A stretch of DNA of 64,000 bases from Mytilus californianus. Lineage: Eukaryota. The stretch spans positions 124,001 through 188,000 of the forward strand of contig NW_026262668.1 in the NCBI RefSeq assembly GCF_021869535.1, written 5' to 3'. This document shows positions 1 to 13,567 of this stretch, in pieces. Within the stretch, counting starts at the first letter, position 1. Every line of letters begins with the position of its first letter. The notes beneath the pieces are model-generated. The model had not been told where the DNA came from, did not search any database, and was given only the letters and a program-made list of their open reading frames with translations. The position numbers and the translations under genes are program-made.

Positions 1-448
1 TCAGTCATTACAAGCTGCAGACAAAATAAGCAGACTCTTTTTCTGCATGACTGGTTCAAAATTGACTTTTGGTAAAGTGATTATTGGAAAAGGACCAGAT
101 GACATTTCTTTTTTTGTCCTTCAGGAAAGTTCAGTCTTTTTCTCTCTAAATTCTAATTCTTGGAAATATATGTTCTTTCAAGAATTTGGCCATAAATTTG
201 GTTCTTTCATAGAAGTAAAGATTGATTCATTCCTTTTCAAGGATAATTGGATTAAAGTACATTTACAAGAAGACATTTTCATTTAAAACCATAAAATTTA
301 TTACCAGTGAAATTGAATATTTCAAATGTGATAAAAGCACTTGATCAAATAAATCTAAATAACAAAATCAGTATGTGATAAATTGACAATTATAATTTTG
401 GCAGAATCTATTTGACGTAATTTTCTCCTAAAGAACATTGATGACAAT

Positions 449-772
449 CATGTTTAATGCCGCCACATTCTGTCCCAAGTCCTGTAATTCAGTGGTTGTC
501 CTTGGTTGCTGAATGTCATCTGTTTTTCGTTAATTGTTTTGTCATAAATTAGGAGGTGGGTTGCTGTCTCTTATATTTGTTTTTCATTTGTCATAAATGG
601 TTGGTTTTCTCTTTTGAATTGTTTCACATTTTGTCATGTCAATGGTTTTTGTAGCTGACTATATGGTAAGGGTTATGCTCATTGTTGAAGGTTGTACAAT
701 GACCATGTCATTTGAATTCTGGTGAATAGTTGTCTCATTGTCGATCATACCACATCTTATTTTTATATTGAT
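449..772 (+). repeat. abundant unclassified dispersed repeat ending GTTGTCTCATTGGCAATCATACCACATCTT
   Basis: Same 3' motif recurs at ~9168(+), 12282(+), 17128(-), 31498(+), 37385(+), 40935(-), 50798(+), 51712(-) and 52430(+). Confidence 0.75.
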
Positions 773-1090
773 ATTTAGTAGAATATGTAACTTCTCAAAC
801 TTAATATGTTTAAAACAGGATATTACTATCATACTCCTTTATTCATACAAAATATCAGTGGTTTCATGTACAAAATATCGTGAAAATGTAAATGAAAAAA
901 CATCAAAGTACAACCGCTTATGTAAAATAAATTGAATGAATAGAATTTTAATGGTTGAGAAACGTAACAAAAGGACATTTTACTATTGACAATTTAATTT
1001 CAGTAATGATTATTGATATGTATGTTAAAAGAAGGTTTTATGAAATGTGGTAATAAAATGAAAATTCTGAATTTTTGTGTAAATTTTTAG

Positions 1091-1168
1091 ATGATGAAGA
1101 GAGAAGAAGGGAAGAGTCATCAAAGAGAGCAAAGTCTGCAACAAAACGGAAAGCACCAAAACCTTCAG
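1091..1168 (+). CDS. CEP350: CEP350 exon (DDEERRREESSKRAKSATKRKAPKPS)
   Basis: ttttAG acceptor, GT donor, phase 1-1, purine-rich open frame. Confidence 0.8.
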
Positions 1169-4100
1169 GTATTATTTTTAAAGTTATTTTAATAAAGGCT
1201 ATTAGATAAATGCATAAAGTGTTGAATGGTATTATTTGTGGAGCCTATAACTATATCTGCCAACATATACAGATTATTACCGTAAGCTGTGAATATTATG
1301 GTATTTTTGGAATAATTCTTTCTCATCTTTCACTCAAACTTACTACAACAAATTGTACAATCATCTGTAAAGTAGAACTTTGCAAATTATTAAAAATTAG
1401 AAGCAATTAAAAGGATTTGATGAAATTCGGACACCTGAGTCAAAGTGACAGAGTTTTTTTTCTACTCTGACAACTGATATGAGCAAGATCAGGTGTGAAA
1501 AATAATGAGGAGTCTCTACGAACTAAAACCAGTGAAATTTTTACAATATCATGTTAATAAATATTTGGACTACACTTCAATTCGATATTAAATTTAGTGA
1601 AATTGACTTTCCAGCAAACTCTTGCTTTGAAATGGCATGTTTTTAGGATTACTTATATCCCCACATTTTTTTTGAAGTTTTTTAATTATCTACTTTATGT
1701 TGATTTGATATATTTGAAAAATTGGCCTTTCAATGTAGACTTACTGATTACATTGGAATTATGTCAGATTAGGGTACGACTTTTGGCGTCTTGTTGTGTT
1801 CAATGATATATTAGGAAAATTTGATTTAATTTGATGACCATTTGAGGAAATCAAGCTATTTTTAATAGCAGTAAACATATGTTATAAAGCCATTTGTAAG
1901 TCTCGGGAATATAGGACTGTCTTTGGTGAAGAAATCAGCATGAAAATGTTCAGAATGTTGTCAATGCTATTTTTCTTCATTTTACATTTTCTCTTCTTTT
2001 TCAAAGTACATAACTTAGGTTGAAAAATAAAAAATCAATTACGAACTCCAAATCTCTAAATAAATTTAAAATTGATTGGTAATCCATGTAAATAGAAAAA
2101 TATTTTTGATTAATTCATAAAGGTCACGTCGTAATGTTGACTCAGATGTTAAATCATATATCCATTTACATTTCTTTTTGATTTATGTAGTATAGAACTT
2201 AAAATTGACAGAATACAACTTAAATACAAAATACAAATACAAATATTTTAAAGTTAAACCTTAACTTTTACTCTGGTAAATAGAATTTTATAAAATAATC
2301 ACATTATAACCCATTCCCCCCTTCTGCCAACTATATTTAAGGAATTGAGTTTATAGGGTATGTTTGAAGGTGAAAGTTTTGCTAGGCTGAATAATATTAA
2401 TTGTGCCAGGTATATTTGTTGCCGGCCATTAGAGTCTGGTGGCAATCAAGGTTAAAATGTTTATCTTCAAGGTCAATGACATTATCTTAGTTCAACTAAA
2501 TATACTACTTTACATATGTTATATGACATCAAAATATTCAAAAGTCAGTTTTTCAAAGTATTTGAAAGCCTTGAATGATATTGATAATATTTAGTGTCAT
2601 TCATGTCCACCACCTGAGGGTATGGTGATGAGTATGATTAAAAAATCTTTCTTGAGGGGTCAAGGTAACAAACTTAATTCCATATCCAAATTGCATGTTA
2701 TTTCCATGTCAGAAGTCTTTAATGCCTTGGAAAGATATGAATGATATTTGATCTGGTTGTTCCCTACCACCAGAGAGTTTTCTATGAATAAGATTATAAT
2801 CTTCTTTTTTTTAATGTCAATTTTCTTTAACGTACATTCAGATGATTGCAGAAGATTTTTTAATAGATTGTTCTTTAGTTTGAATAAAAAGGTTTCTTTA
2901 AAAGATTGTACTTTATGATGAATGCATGGAGCTTTGGTCAAATTATATTGCCGTATTTTACTTTGATTTAATAAATAGATGCACACAGTTAGAGCAATTT
3001 TCAACAATTAATATCCCTGTATTCCCCTGCTTTCTTCTAAACATGCGTTGAGTTCAGTGTTCAGTTCCAAACAAACCAATTAACTTAAAAAAAAAACTGC
3101 TCAGCTTTAAGCCCCATTCAATTAGTTTTATTTTGAGCTACAATTGGTTCTTACTTTTTGGATAAACAAAGTCTCTAAATGGTATTGCATTGTTGATGAA
3201 TTATAAGCTTGTACATGCAATAATTGGGACATAGTCATATGCTATTTTAAAATGTTATGTGTGGATAAAAATATCTGCACAGTATTTAAATATCTTATTA
3301 CAAAGTTGGGATCTATTAAAAAGAAATAAGCAAGTGAAAGTAGACTTCTGTCTGGGTTTCTTCTTATATTTTCATAAAAGAAAACATGAAAAATCTAAAA
3401 CATATTTAATTTTAACAGGCAATTGCTCAGTAGCTTTTGGCTTCAACCCTGTGATAATGATTTTGGAAACTATCCCATACTATCATGAGGTGTTCCAAAT
3501 TAATTTTTAAAAGTTGACTGGCATCATGCCAAATTTATTCAAGGCCATATTGCCTTATCATGGGTGTACAAACAGTTGCCCATTGATGCAAAAGTTCATC
3601 ATATGTAAATTGAGAAATGGAAATTCATAAATAGTAAAAATTTGTTTTAACCTTTATGTACTTGTTGTCTAAAAATTTGGTGAAGATTGTTTTTACAGTT
3701 AGCAATTAAGGTATTGACCCAAATGTTAATGCCAAGAGACTTTTACATATATCATTTGAATGTGTTCAATGAGCTTTCATAATTAAATTCCATCTTCCAA
3801 TGTTCTTCCCTGTTCTACATTAAGGTCTTAACGCTTCATCAGATCAGTATATTGACTTCCTTTAAGTGATATTTTTTTCATCGTTTCATGTTATTAATAT
3901 ACCTTAATTACAAGGATAAACCCATTTTAAATGATTTCATGACACTTTTAACGACAGTTCGGAACAGGTAAAGGGAAGGAAAAGATTACGATATTTCATA
4001 CTTCACTGGTTGTTGTCAGATAAATTTCGTCATAAACTGCATCCATTCATTTTCAGACTACGGCCATTAGGCTTATATTAACCCCACTAGCAGAAATGAT

Positions 4101-5434
4101 GTCAATTGGGGGTATATTGGAAAGTGGAGCATTTTATAATGTATAATGTGTTGAAGCTTGTATTTTGAGTTGCACTTTTTTTTTTTAAAATACCTTTTAA
4201 TCCACTCCTGTCCTGAACATGCATGAAATATTTGCAGCAAAACTTTAAACAAACAACAATCAATCAGTTTAACTTGTGCCAGTTTAAATTGAATTTCTAC
4301 TGCAGTCATTACTGCAACAAGGGAATAAAATCTCCATCATTGAAAAAATCTACCCCAGTTATCACAGAGTTTACGAAAAATAGTCGTCCGAAAGATTATG
4401 CCATGGACTAGTACATTGAAAAGATTTCAAGAACTCTGGTTATCAAAAAGTTTTAAATTTGTTAATTTTAAAATAAAATTGTTATTTTATATAGCTTAAT
4501 CTGTTCACATTCTCAATTTTACATATAAAAAAAGTCACCTTTAATTATGAGGCATAACATTGTTACACTAATTGATATTTTGAACAGATAAGTTAATTCC
4601 ATATATATTTGTTGGAAACCTGTTATTTTAATGATTTTTATGAAACTAATTTTCAGCTCCCCCAAAATAATACCTATTGGACTTTTTTCTCAGTACCTAA
4701 AGTTGGTCTTACACCAAATCTCCATTAAATGGGGACACTGAGTGCTAGTCTATTTAGAGAATTATTCCTCCCCACAATAATCAATAGCAGCTTGTTTCAA
4801 AGTGGAATGAAGCTTTTATCTAGAATCAGCTAATCTATGTATGGTAGGTGTGTAAACAGAACAATATTTAAATATTTTTAAAACACAGGTTTTATTGATC
4901 AGTATTTAATTAAATTTGTACTGTAGTAGTTTTTGATTACTATCAATTTAAAACACAATACTGGGACAAATTCTGTCAATATATATTATCTACACACTTA
5001 ATGAGGGTCACAAAAGGGACAAGTTACAATGCCACCACCCTTAAAGAAACTTCATAAAAAAAACACAATTGAAAAGTTAATTAATAAAGCCCATATATGT
5101 AGCAATCATTTCAATGGTTCTTTGGACATTGGCACAAGTCCAAGAATATATTGTTTGGTCCATAAAAAGGTTCTAAATCTTGACCGAATGACCAGTAAAG
5201 ATTGAAGGATTTAAAGTACATGTATAACTCTACCTAATTCAGTGAAATATTATTTTTGATCTGAAATGGCTTTTAATTCAAGTGAAGATCTGTTGCCATT
5301 TTCACAAAATACTTTTATGGAAAAATAATTGCAAAGTATTGAATTATACAGTATTCAAATTTAGTCTTTTAGATTTTTTTGTTAAAAGAGTTTCTTAGGC
5401 TTTAGAAATTACAAATATATATTATTTTGTATAA

Positions 5435-6127
5435 TTATCACCCCGCTTAAAAAAGTGGGGGTATACTGTTTTACCTCCGTCCGTCAGTCTGTCTGTCCGT
5501 CCGTCCCAGGAATATTTTTTGTTGCATCTTTCTCAGCATTTTTCTAGTTTCATGACAATAACTTGTGTGTAAGTGTATGGATCTTTCTGAAATTGTACTA
5601 CAAGGTTCCATATCACAAAGGGAAAGCTGGGGATTTTTTTTTTCTTTAAAATTTTCCATTTTAAGTTGGTTATTTTTTATTAATATATAAAAGCAAATAA
5701 TAATGATATGGTTTGATTTCATCAAAAATTGAAATATTGGGGTTCTTTGATATGCTGAATTTAACAGTGTATTTAGATTCTTAATTTTTGGTCCCGTTTT
5801 CAAATTGGTCTACATTAAGGTCCAAAGGGTCCAAAATTAAACTTAGTTTGATTTTAACAAAAATTGAATTTTTGGGGTTCTTTGTTATGCTGAATCTAAC
5901 CGTGTATGTATTTAGATTTTGGATATTGGACCATAATAGGTAAATTAAAAATTTTAAGTTCTTAGACCACATTCATTCTGTGTCAGAAACTTATGCTGTG
6001 TCAAATATTTAATCACAATCCAAATTCAGAGCTGTATCAAGCTTGAATGTTGTGTCCATACTTGCCCCAACTGTTCAGGGTTCGACCTCTGCAGTTGTAT
6101 CAAGCTGTGCCCAGTGGAGCAGTTTAT
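5435..6127 (+). mobile_element. chimeric HINE (non-autonomous Helentron-like element)
   Basis: 5' hairpin CCCCGC…GTGGGG and (TCCG/TCTG)n. Body and 3' end are homologous to 41191-42170. Confidence 0.7.
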
Positions 6128-6410
6128 TAATATTACTAAAGGATTAACATAATTAGGTTATCCAATTTTTTCTACTGCTCCCTTGGGAGTTAAAGTGTTT
6201 GACCTATTTGGTCCCATTACTCAAGTTGCATTTATTGTTAAACATCAAAAATCTCACAGGACATTAAATGAGAAATAATTTAAATTTTAAGTTTTCAAAT
6301 TGTAGTATATATTTGTAGATTTGTCGATGGTTTTAATGTGGAGATTTAGTTTTCGTAGCTGATATATTTATTTTCTAATCATCACAGTGTATTTATTTTT
6401 TCTTTAACAG

Positions 6411-6724
6411 CTGCAGAAATAGACAAACATTCCCAGATCAAACAACGACATTATGATGCAGAAGAGATTCGCCATTACATACAGAAAAAAAAAGCTGAAC
6501 GAATACAGAAACAAATAGAAGAAGAAAAACGCCAAAAGAAAGCAGACGAACTTCGACGGAAACAATTAGAGGAATTGTATACAAAACAAAAACAGACAGC
6601 ATCACATCCTAAAAAATTCAGGGACATAAAACATAAATCCAACAATGAGACATTTTCACATCCTATGGCGCTATCTGACTTGCCAAGACATCATCCTTTC
6701 CAACATGAGAGGAGTCGGCAAATG
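6411..6724 (+). CDS. CEP350: CEP350 exon, coiled coil (QRHYDAEEIRHYIQKKK...)
   Basis: taacAG/GTaaac, phase 1-0, conserved RHYD motif. Confidence 0.92.
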
Positions 6725-8240
6725 GTAAACACATTGTATAAGATTTAAAAGATACATTAGCTTTGAACTAGGTTGATTTGTGACTAGTATTAATAGTCCT
6801 AATGAATCACACGCATAGCCAGAGTTCTTCAAAGGGTTCAAACAAAACCCCTTCCTTGGAAACAAAAAAAATACTAATCAAGACAAATACTTTTAATTCA
6901 GATATTAATGCATACATTTATTATTGCGATTTTTGAAGAATGGACAAAAATGCGAAACTAATTATTGTGATTTCAAGAAAATCTGCATACAGATATATGT
7001 ATCAGATTTCAGAATGCGACTTCTTATTAAATAAATGCTATCCTCACCCAGTCACATTATTCGCAATAATTTCTGAATTTACAGTATATTCAAGTTGAGA
7101 TTCAGATTGAAGTTTGACAACAAAGTCGGGGCATCATGACCCAAAATAACCCCGTCAGTGAGATCCAGGCTATGGGCCTGTGCATTAACCTTATTTCCTC
7201 ATTCAAAACCATCTGCACTTATAAATTTGATTCAAAGCCTACACTTCAAAGGGAAAATTTTTACTAGGGAGATAGAAAAAACATCAGTGTGTCAATTTGA
7301 TGAGATAGTGAATATGAAACTCAAATGCTTCCTTAGCATATGCACTATAAATGACTGAAATGATTTTAGATTGGGTTTTGTTAGATAATGCACATTCCAT
7401 TTGTAATACCGTAACATGTTATCCTAGGTTAGAATCTCTTTAACCTGAAATTTGTTTGAATGTTGAAAAATCGTCCAAATCAGAATAACTTATGATCTTT
7501 AAAAAGTGACTATACATGTAGATATTTCTATAAGACAGTTTGAAAGCTGAATTATTAACTGCCATAAGATGTGTTAAAGCTTGACTACTATAGCCTGGTT
7601 TTTTTCTGAATATTGAGTGTCATTATTATGTAATTTATTTGTTTGTTGCTAGAAGTTGTTATTAAAATATTTGAACATTATATAATCATCTGAAATTGTT
7701 TAGCGAAAAAATTCTTTTTATTGAACCAATACACATATCAACATCTTAATACACAGGAAGTAAGTGTCGCATTTCAAAAAAAAGTATAGCCATGTAGGAC
7801 AATCCTTTAAAGGTCTCATTGTACGTTAAATTTCAGCTTAAAAGGGTTTTTGAATATTTTTTTCTAAAGTTTGCCTGTAAGAAAATATTTCATTTTGACA
7901 TGATATGACAAAGGAAACTGACAAGTTTGTTGAAAGTAGCAAACAAAATGAACAATCTTATGTAACATTTAATTGGATGTAGTTAACTAATTTTGCTGTA
8001 ATTCTTGGAATCTGCAACTATTTCATTGTTTTTTGCATTTTTTCTTTTATGGTAGAGATAAAATTATATCTTTAGATTATCACCTACTTTTGAATATTGG
8101 AAATTAAGTTACAATTGGTTTTGTGTTTACTCCAGGAGAAATGTATGGAGTAAAGTACTTTAAACTGGGAAGATGAATTGATGAAAAGGGAAATCTAACA
8201 ACTGATATCTGATACTGGTTTATGTTATTATTTATTTTAG

Positions 8241-8356
8241 ATGACAAGTGATTCTGAGAATTTAGCAGCGGACGATGAGATGGAGATGAGCGATGGTAGT
8301 TCTACTCTTACGGGTGATTCTATGGATGAAGGAACTCCCTTAGATACTCCTAAAGG
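8241..8356 (+). CDS. CEP350: CEP350 exon (MTSDSENL...DTPKG)
   Basis: ttttAG/GTaaac, phase 0-2. Confidence 0.85.
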
Positions 8357-8520
8357 GTAAACTTATTTCTAATTGTTACTTTGTGAACATAAATTTATAG
8401 AGAACTGTTGCATTTGAATGTATTCAAGAAATTACTGAAAATAAGCTATTTATACATTTTCAGTACCTTTTCTTTAAAATGAAAAAAGGACAAATATACC
8501 CTTTAATAGAAGAATTCTAT

Positions 8521-8713
8521 GCAACTGTCATACAAGTGAGAGAGAGGTTCAGCTAGCTATAAAACCAGGTTTAATCCACCATTTTCTACAAAGGAATATG
8601 ACAGTTGTTTTCCATTCGTTAGATGTGTTTGAGCTTTTGATTTTGCCATTTTATAAAGGACTTTCCGTTTCGAATTTGCCTTGGAGTTCGGTATTTTTGT
8701 CATTTTACTGTTT
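8521..8713 (+). repeat. dispersed repeat, inverted copy at 19219-19330
   Basis: GATGTGTTTGAGCTTTTGATTTTGCC…GGAGTTCGGTATTTTTG matches the reverse complement of 19219-19330. Confidence 0.7.
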
Positions 8714-10521
8714 AGAATTTATCCTGCAGTTAAAATTTCTTAAACAGTATATGATATCCATAGGAGTGATTTGACAGAGTGTTCTGTTCATGTTATCATT
8801 TGAGACAATATGTGATTTCATTGAGAAGGGTGGACATAGCCGGAGATTGTACCTGATTTTCATTTGAAAATGAAAGTGGATGCAAACAAAACGATACTCC
8901 CTATTGAAATTTGTAAAAAAAAATATTTAAGAAAATTTTCTTAGAACTATTTTTCCAAAACATTTTGCAATGAAGGTTAATTCAACCTTTTTCATCATTT
9001 TACTTTCTTTTTTTTTTGGGGGGGGGGGGAGATTTACCCATCAGAGTTAATTCTCTTGAACACATGCTCATGAAAATGCTTTGATTTTCTGTTTGCAACA
9101 TTTAGGATTAATTTTGAGTGGATAATTAATTCCATCATACAGCGTACTACATCCACATTTGAACCCTGGTAGATAGTTGTCTCATTGGCAATCATACCAC
9201 AACTTCTTATTTTTTTGTTAATAGACTTATTTAATGTTAAAATAAATCTAAAAACTCATCAATTAATGTCACTCTCAAAAAAAATTGTGCATGGCTGATA
9301 TTTTAGTCATATCAAAATTTAACAATTCATGGCTTTTAATTGTCGATAATCCTCTTAAAAAAATAAACATAAATTAAATTTAAGGGCTATATTAAGAAGG
9401 TTAATTGCTTTGTAATTGAACATTTAATTTTGAAAACCAGTCATTTTATGAAATATATATTCAAATAATATAGGAGTAAAATTTATATAGGTTAGTTTAC
9501 TTAAGCTGTAATATATTGACATCTAAAATGGAAAAAAATATAATGAAATATTGAAGTATGTGACCGTGGACTTGAAAACCCTATGATCTGCATTTGATAG
9601 ATGAATTGGCATGAAAACATTCTGCATAAAAGAAATCATTCCTTTATTCAAGACGTGAAAACTAAAATCTTCCTTTTTGTCCAAATGATTAAAACTGTGT
9701 GACACATAGTCCACCCCCTACTGAAATGTTTTGCAGCAGTGTTTTATTCTCTGTCTATTTGGATGTAAACAATTTGAACTAAATAGAAAGTGCCACATAA
9801 TTCTATTATACATTATGATTGAATAAATATACTTTTGATCACACAAACAATTAGTTCAATATTTTAATAAAATATAAATATTAAAATTCAAACTCGTTTT
9901 CTTGGTGGTGTTAAATGTTTTATGCAATATACTTGAACATAAAAGCTCTTTGAAAAATTTGTTTACAGAATTTCTAAAAATGAAATCTATTGTTGGAAAC
10001 TTGAAAAGCTGAACATCATATTGACTTTATTAAATCAGTTTGCCAATATATATACATGGATAATTTACATTAAACTTAAATATCAAATACTAGGGAAGGC
10101 TAGATTTATCATTTTAATCACTTTTTTTTTTAGAATTTCATAACGGTTTTCAAATACAGTGAAAGTGCGGAGAACGTCGCCTATTATGCTTTTCAAAATT
10201 TTAAATAAAAGTTGTACGTTATATTGTATATCATTCAAGACATTCAAAGGTACAAATGGTAATTTTTATTCGGTTTATAAGAAATGTTTTACCTACACAT
10301 TAAGATTCATAAATATTCAAAGGTTAAGACAAGAAAAGGGATCACTTCTAAAGGCCTTTTTGTTTGCATTCTTCCATGGTTTAGATTTGAAATAGACTGC
10401 AAAATTTATCTCAAATGTATACTGTTGGTGATTTTAGTTCATAAAAGTGTTTATTAAATAGCATAGTATAACATAATATGAATGTAGAAAGCTAAGTGAC
10501 ATTTCTTTATTTGTTTTCCAG

Positions 10522-10892
10522 ACAAACGGACGACAAGTCGAAACCTAGTCAAACAAGCCAATGGAAAGCCAGTTTACAAAAAGAACATGAATTTCTCATG
10601 GAAAATAACAATTCTAAAACTGTTGGTGGATTTACGTTTAATTTAGACAGTGTTTTTAATAAATTTTCTCAGGCTGTAACTAATCAACAAAGTGAAAGTG
10701 AAAATAGACCATTATCAGGGAATTCTGGGTACATTGGAGGATCGGCTGTTTTAAACCCTCCCCGTCCTTCAGCAGAAGGCAGTGATAGGACAAGAGAACA
10801 AAGGTTACAAGCTATTAAGGAAACAGCAAAACATTTACAAGAAAAAATTCAAAATGAGGCTAGAAAGCTGAAAGGGGAGGTGATTGAAGATG
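10522..10892 (+). CDS. CEP350: CEP350 exon (QTDDKSKP...GEVIED)
   Basis: ttccAG/GTaagt, phase 2-1, lies within ORF 10496-10975. Confidence 0.9.
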
Positions 10893-11017
10893 GTAAGTTT
10901 TTACAGCTGCCTTTGAAAAGGCTTATAAATTCATCGGGAGACTTATTGGCTTTGCCCCATTTTCATTATTATTAAATTTATATCTATTATTATTAACGCT
11001 TCAAATTATTATTTATT

Positions 11018-11282
11018 GGGGCCTCGGTTGCCAAGTGGTCGAAGTAGTTGAACTACTGTATCACTAGCCTGTCAACACTGAGGTTGTGAGTTTGAATCCC
11101 GCACGGGGCAGGAGCACTCGACCCCAATCTTAATTGGCTAGGATTGTCAGTTTTGCTACCAAAGGTCAGTGGTTCTCTCTGGGCACCCCTCCTTCCTCCA
11201 CCAATAGAAACTGACTGCCACAAAATAGCATAATAGTGCTGAAAGTAGTGTTCAACACCAATCAATCAATCAAGCAATCAAT
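11018..11282 (+). mobile_element. tRNA-derived SINE with (CAAT)n tail
   Basis: A-box-like GGTTGCCAAGTGG, B-box-like GAGTTTGAATCCC (11088-11100), central GTGGTTCTCTCTGGGCAC…TTCCTCCACCAA, ATCA tail. Confidence 0.8.
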
Positions 11283-11639
11283 ATTTTTTATTGCCATAGT
11301 ATTGTTATTGGATGACGTTCACTGTATTTCAGATAAAAGTATTAGCATGAGAAAAGTAATTGGTTCAATTTCCCATTCAGTAGTGTTAACACAATGGTGT
11401 CTTTTTAAGGTAACTGATCCCTTATTAGTATTATACAGCTTAAAATGTAAACCTTAATATGTGTTTATTGAAGTTTCCTTGAAGCACATTATTAGTATAA
11501 TTTCCTCTGGTTAGATGTAGGAGTGGTCCCATAACGTCAAGTCGTAATATAGTCCTTCTGCTCGGTTTGACATAAAATTTATAGTTTTATCACCGTCATC
11601 AAGGTAAGTTGGGTGTTTAAAAAAAATTCATGAGACTTG

Positions 11640-11990
11640 TAAATGGTTCTTAAAATACTACCAGGCCTAGGATCTTGTACCTACGCATGTTTAAATCCAT
11701 GTTAGATGATTTGTACCTATTGAGACAGCATAACTTACGAAACAAACACAATTGACGCATTGCTCGGAAGTTGCATAAACGTCTGTCCTGTATCAGGTTA
11801 AAGTTTAGGTTTAAGATAGTGTTCCTTGAAGTTGTAGTCACATCAACTTGAAACTTAGTACAGATGTTTATTATGGTGTGAGCTGTTTAAGATATATGCG
11901 AAATTAGGGTTTTGATCTATATTTCATAGGTCACTGACCATGGAATGTGATAGAGTGAGCGTAGGACATATAATTTTTTTTTTATCCTGT
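11640..11990 (+). mobile_element. degenerate HINE related to 29142-29406
   Basis: Shares CAGGTTAAAGTTT, ATCAACTTGAAACTTAGTACA and downstream blocks. Confidence 0.55.
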
Positions 11991-13541
11991 CTGTATACAG
12001 AAACAAATTGCTAGATGAATGTGTCTGATATACTGATGGGCTGTTGACAAACAGCTGTTTGGCTGATTTTGTCATTAAAATTTTCTTTTTGGAAAATGAA
12101 TTGACATTTTGTCTCAAGTCAAGAGCCTGTTACTCAGTATTTTTCATTGGTTTCTGTATGTCATATATATTCTTCATTTATTACTTTGTCATATCAGGGC
12201 CTTTTATAGCTTTCTATTGGTTGTGCTCATTGTTGAAGGCTGTAGGGTGACCTATAGTTGCTGATATCCCTGTCATTTGGACTCTGGTGGATATTTGTCT
12301 TGTTGGCAATCATACCACATTTCCTTATATTTGTATTATATTATAGTTAAATTGGTACATAGTATAACCTAGATAACCTGTATTAATGCAAAATTTGAAT
12401 AAAGGTCCATATTTGTATCTAAAGTTAAAAAGTTAATTTTTTTCCCATAACCTGCCTGTTTGTAATACCTGTAATGCAGAAAGTGGCTTTAATATGTCAT
12501 TTTTTAAAGTGATTAATTGAGTGATTGTATCATGAAATTAATCTAAATGACCCTGGAGCTACTCCATTGCGATATGATTAAAAGTTTAATTAGATGCAGA
12601 AATGTAGTATTATCACGGAAAATGGTTGAAATAGTGGTAGTTTGTGGCAGTTCATATAATGAAAATTGTCAATTTCTAGTTCAATGAACAAAAGGAAAGA
12701 GTCATTAGTTTTTTAAAAGAGTATTTTTAATTTGAGATTAAAAGATTAAGTTTCTGATCAAATATTTTTGTTTGTATAAAAACATTGAACTGTGTTATTC
12801 AGGATATTTCTCAAGTTCAAGGTTATTTCAGTAACGATTTATCAATAACCTTAACTGATTTATAATAATGCTATATCAATGAAAAAAGTATATCGTAAAT
12901 AAGTTAAAAAAAATTTTTAAAAATGGTCTGAATCTGTTTTTAGAAATGTCTAAATTCAAATCTGATCATCTTTTTTTTCCTTATATTTAACAGTTTATCC
13001 TGCCCCTTCTGTTCTGTACATTAACTTGTTTTACCAGCTATTTTTTTCTTCTTTTAAATTTGAAAACAACTAGAGAATTCAAAACTTGGAATTTGCTATG
13101 ACAGAGTATGGTCCGTAGACATAATCAAAAGTACCCATGTAAGCAGAGTTTTCAAAATTGATGGCATGTTTTTTCATGATATCTTGTCAGACATGTCAGA
13201 CTTATGGGAATACCATGCCTTTCAGTGAGTCATAAAACTTTACTCAAAGTACAAAATTGTGCTCGAAACACCAAATCTAGTACTTGTTTTTTGGTTGGAT
13301 GGTTTTTATTCTGAGAAGATGACCACAAGGTCAGATTACATTATGTTTATGTTTATTTTATTCAAACTATATTTGGTACAAGGTTTTGAGAGGTCCATTT
13401 AATCTAAATTTTCCGTGCATCTGTAAAAAAAAAATTGAGTTTGCAAGCAAGAAAAGGTTTTTAAGATGAAGACCCTTTTACTTCTTGCTTTAAAAAATTG
13501 ACAGAGAGAAATAAGTTAAAACAGTTACTAGACTGGGCCTT

Positions 13542-13567
13542 GGGGGGTGGGGGGGGGGGGGGGGGGG
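13542..13567 (+). repeat. poly-G tract (G6-T-G19)
   Basis: Direct reading. Confidence 0.85.

Noticed and set aside
2-286. Open frame at the window start (ORF 47-286)
   Set aside because: No recognisable motif and no splice sites compatible with the CEP350 frame. The minus strand has stops.
2660-3007. 115-aa minus-strand ORF
   Set aside because: K/L/I-rich composition typical of AT-rich noise, with no motif.
11515-11603. Possible extra exon with a strong AAG|GTAAGT donor
   Set aside because: Both candidate acceptors give an in-frame TAA in the required phase 1. It could only be a poison exon, and there is no evidence for that.
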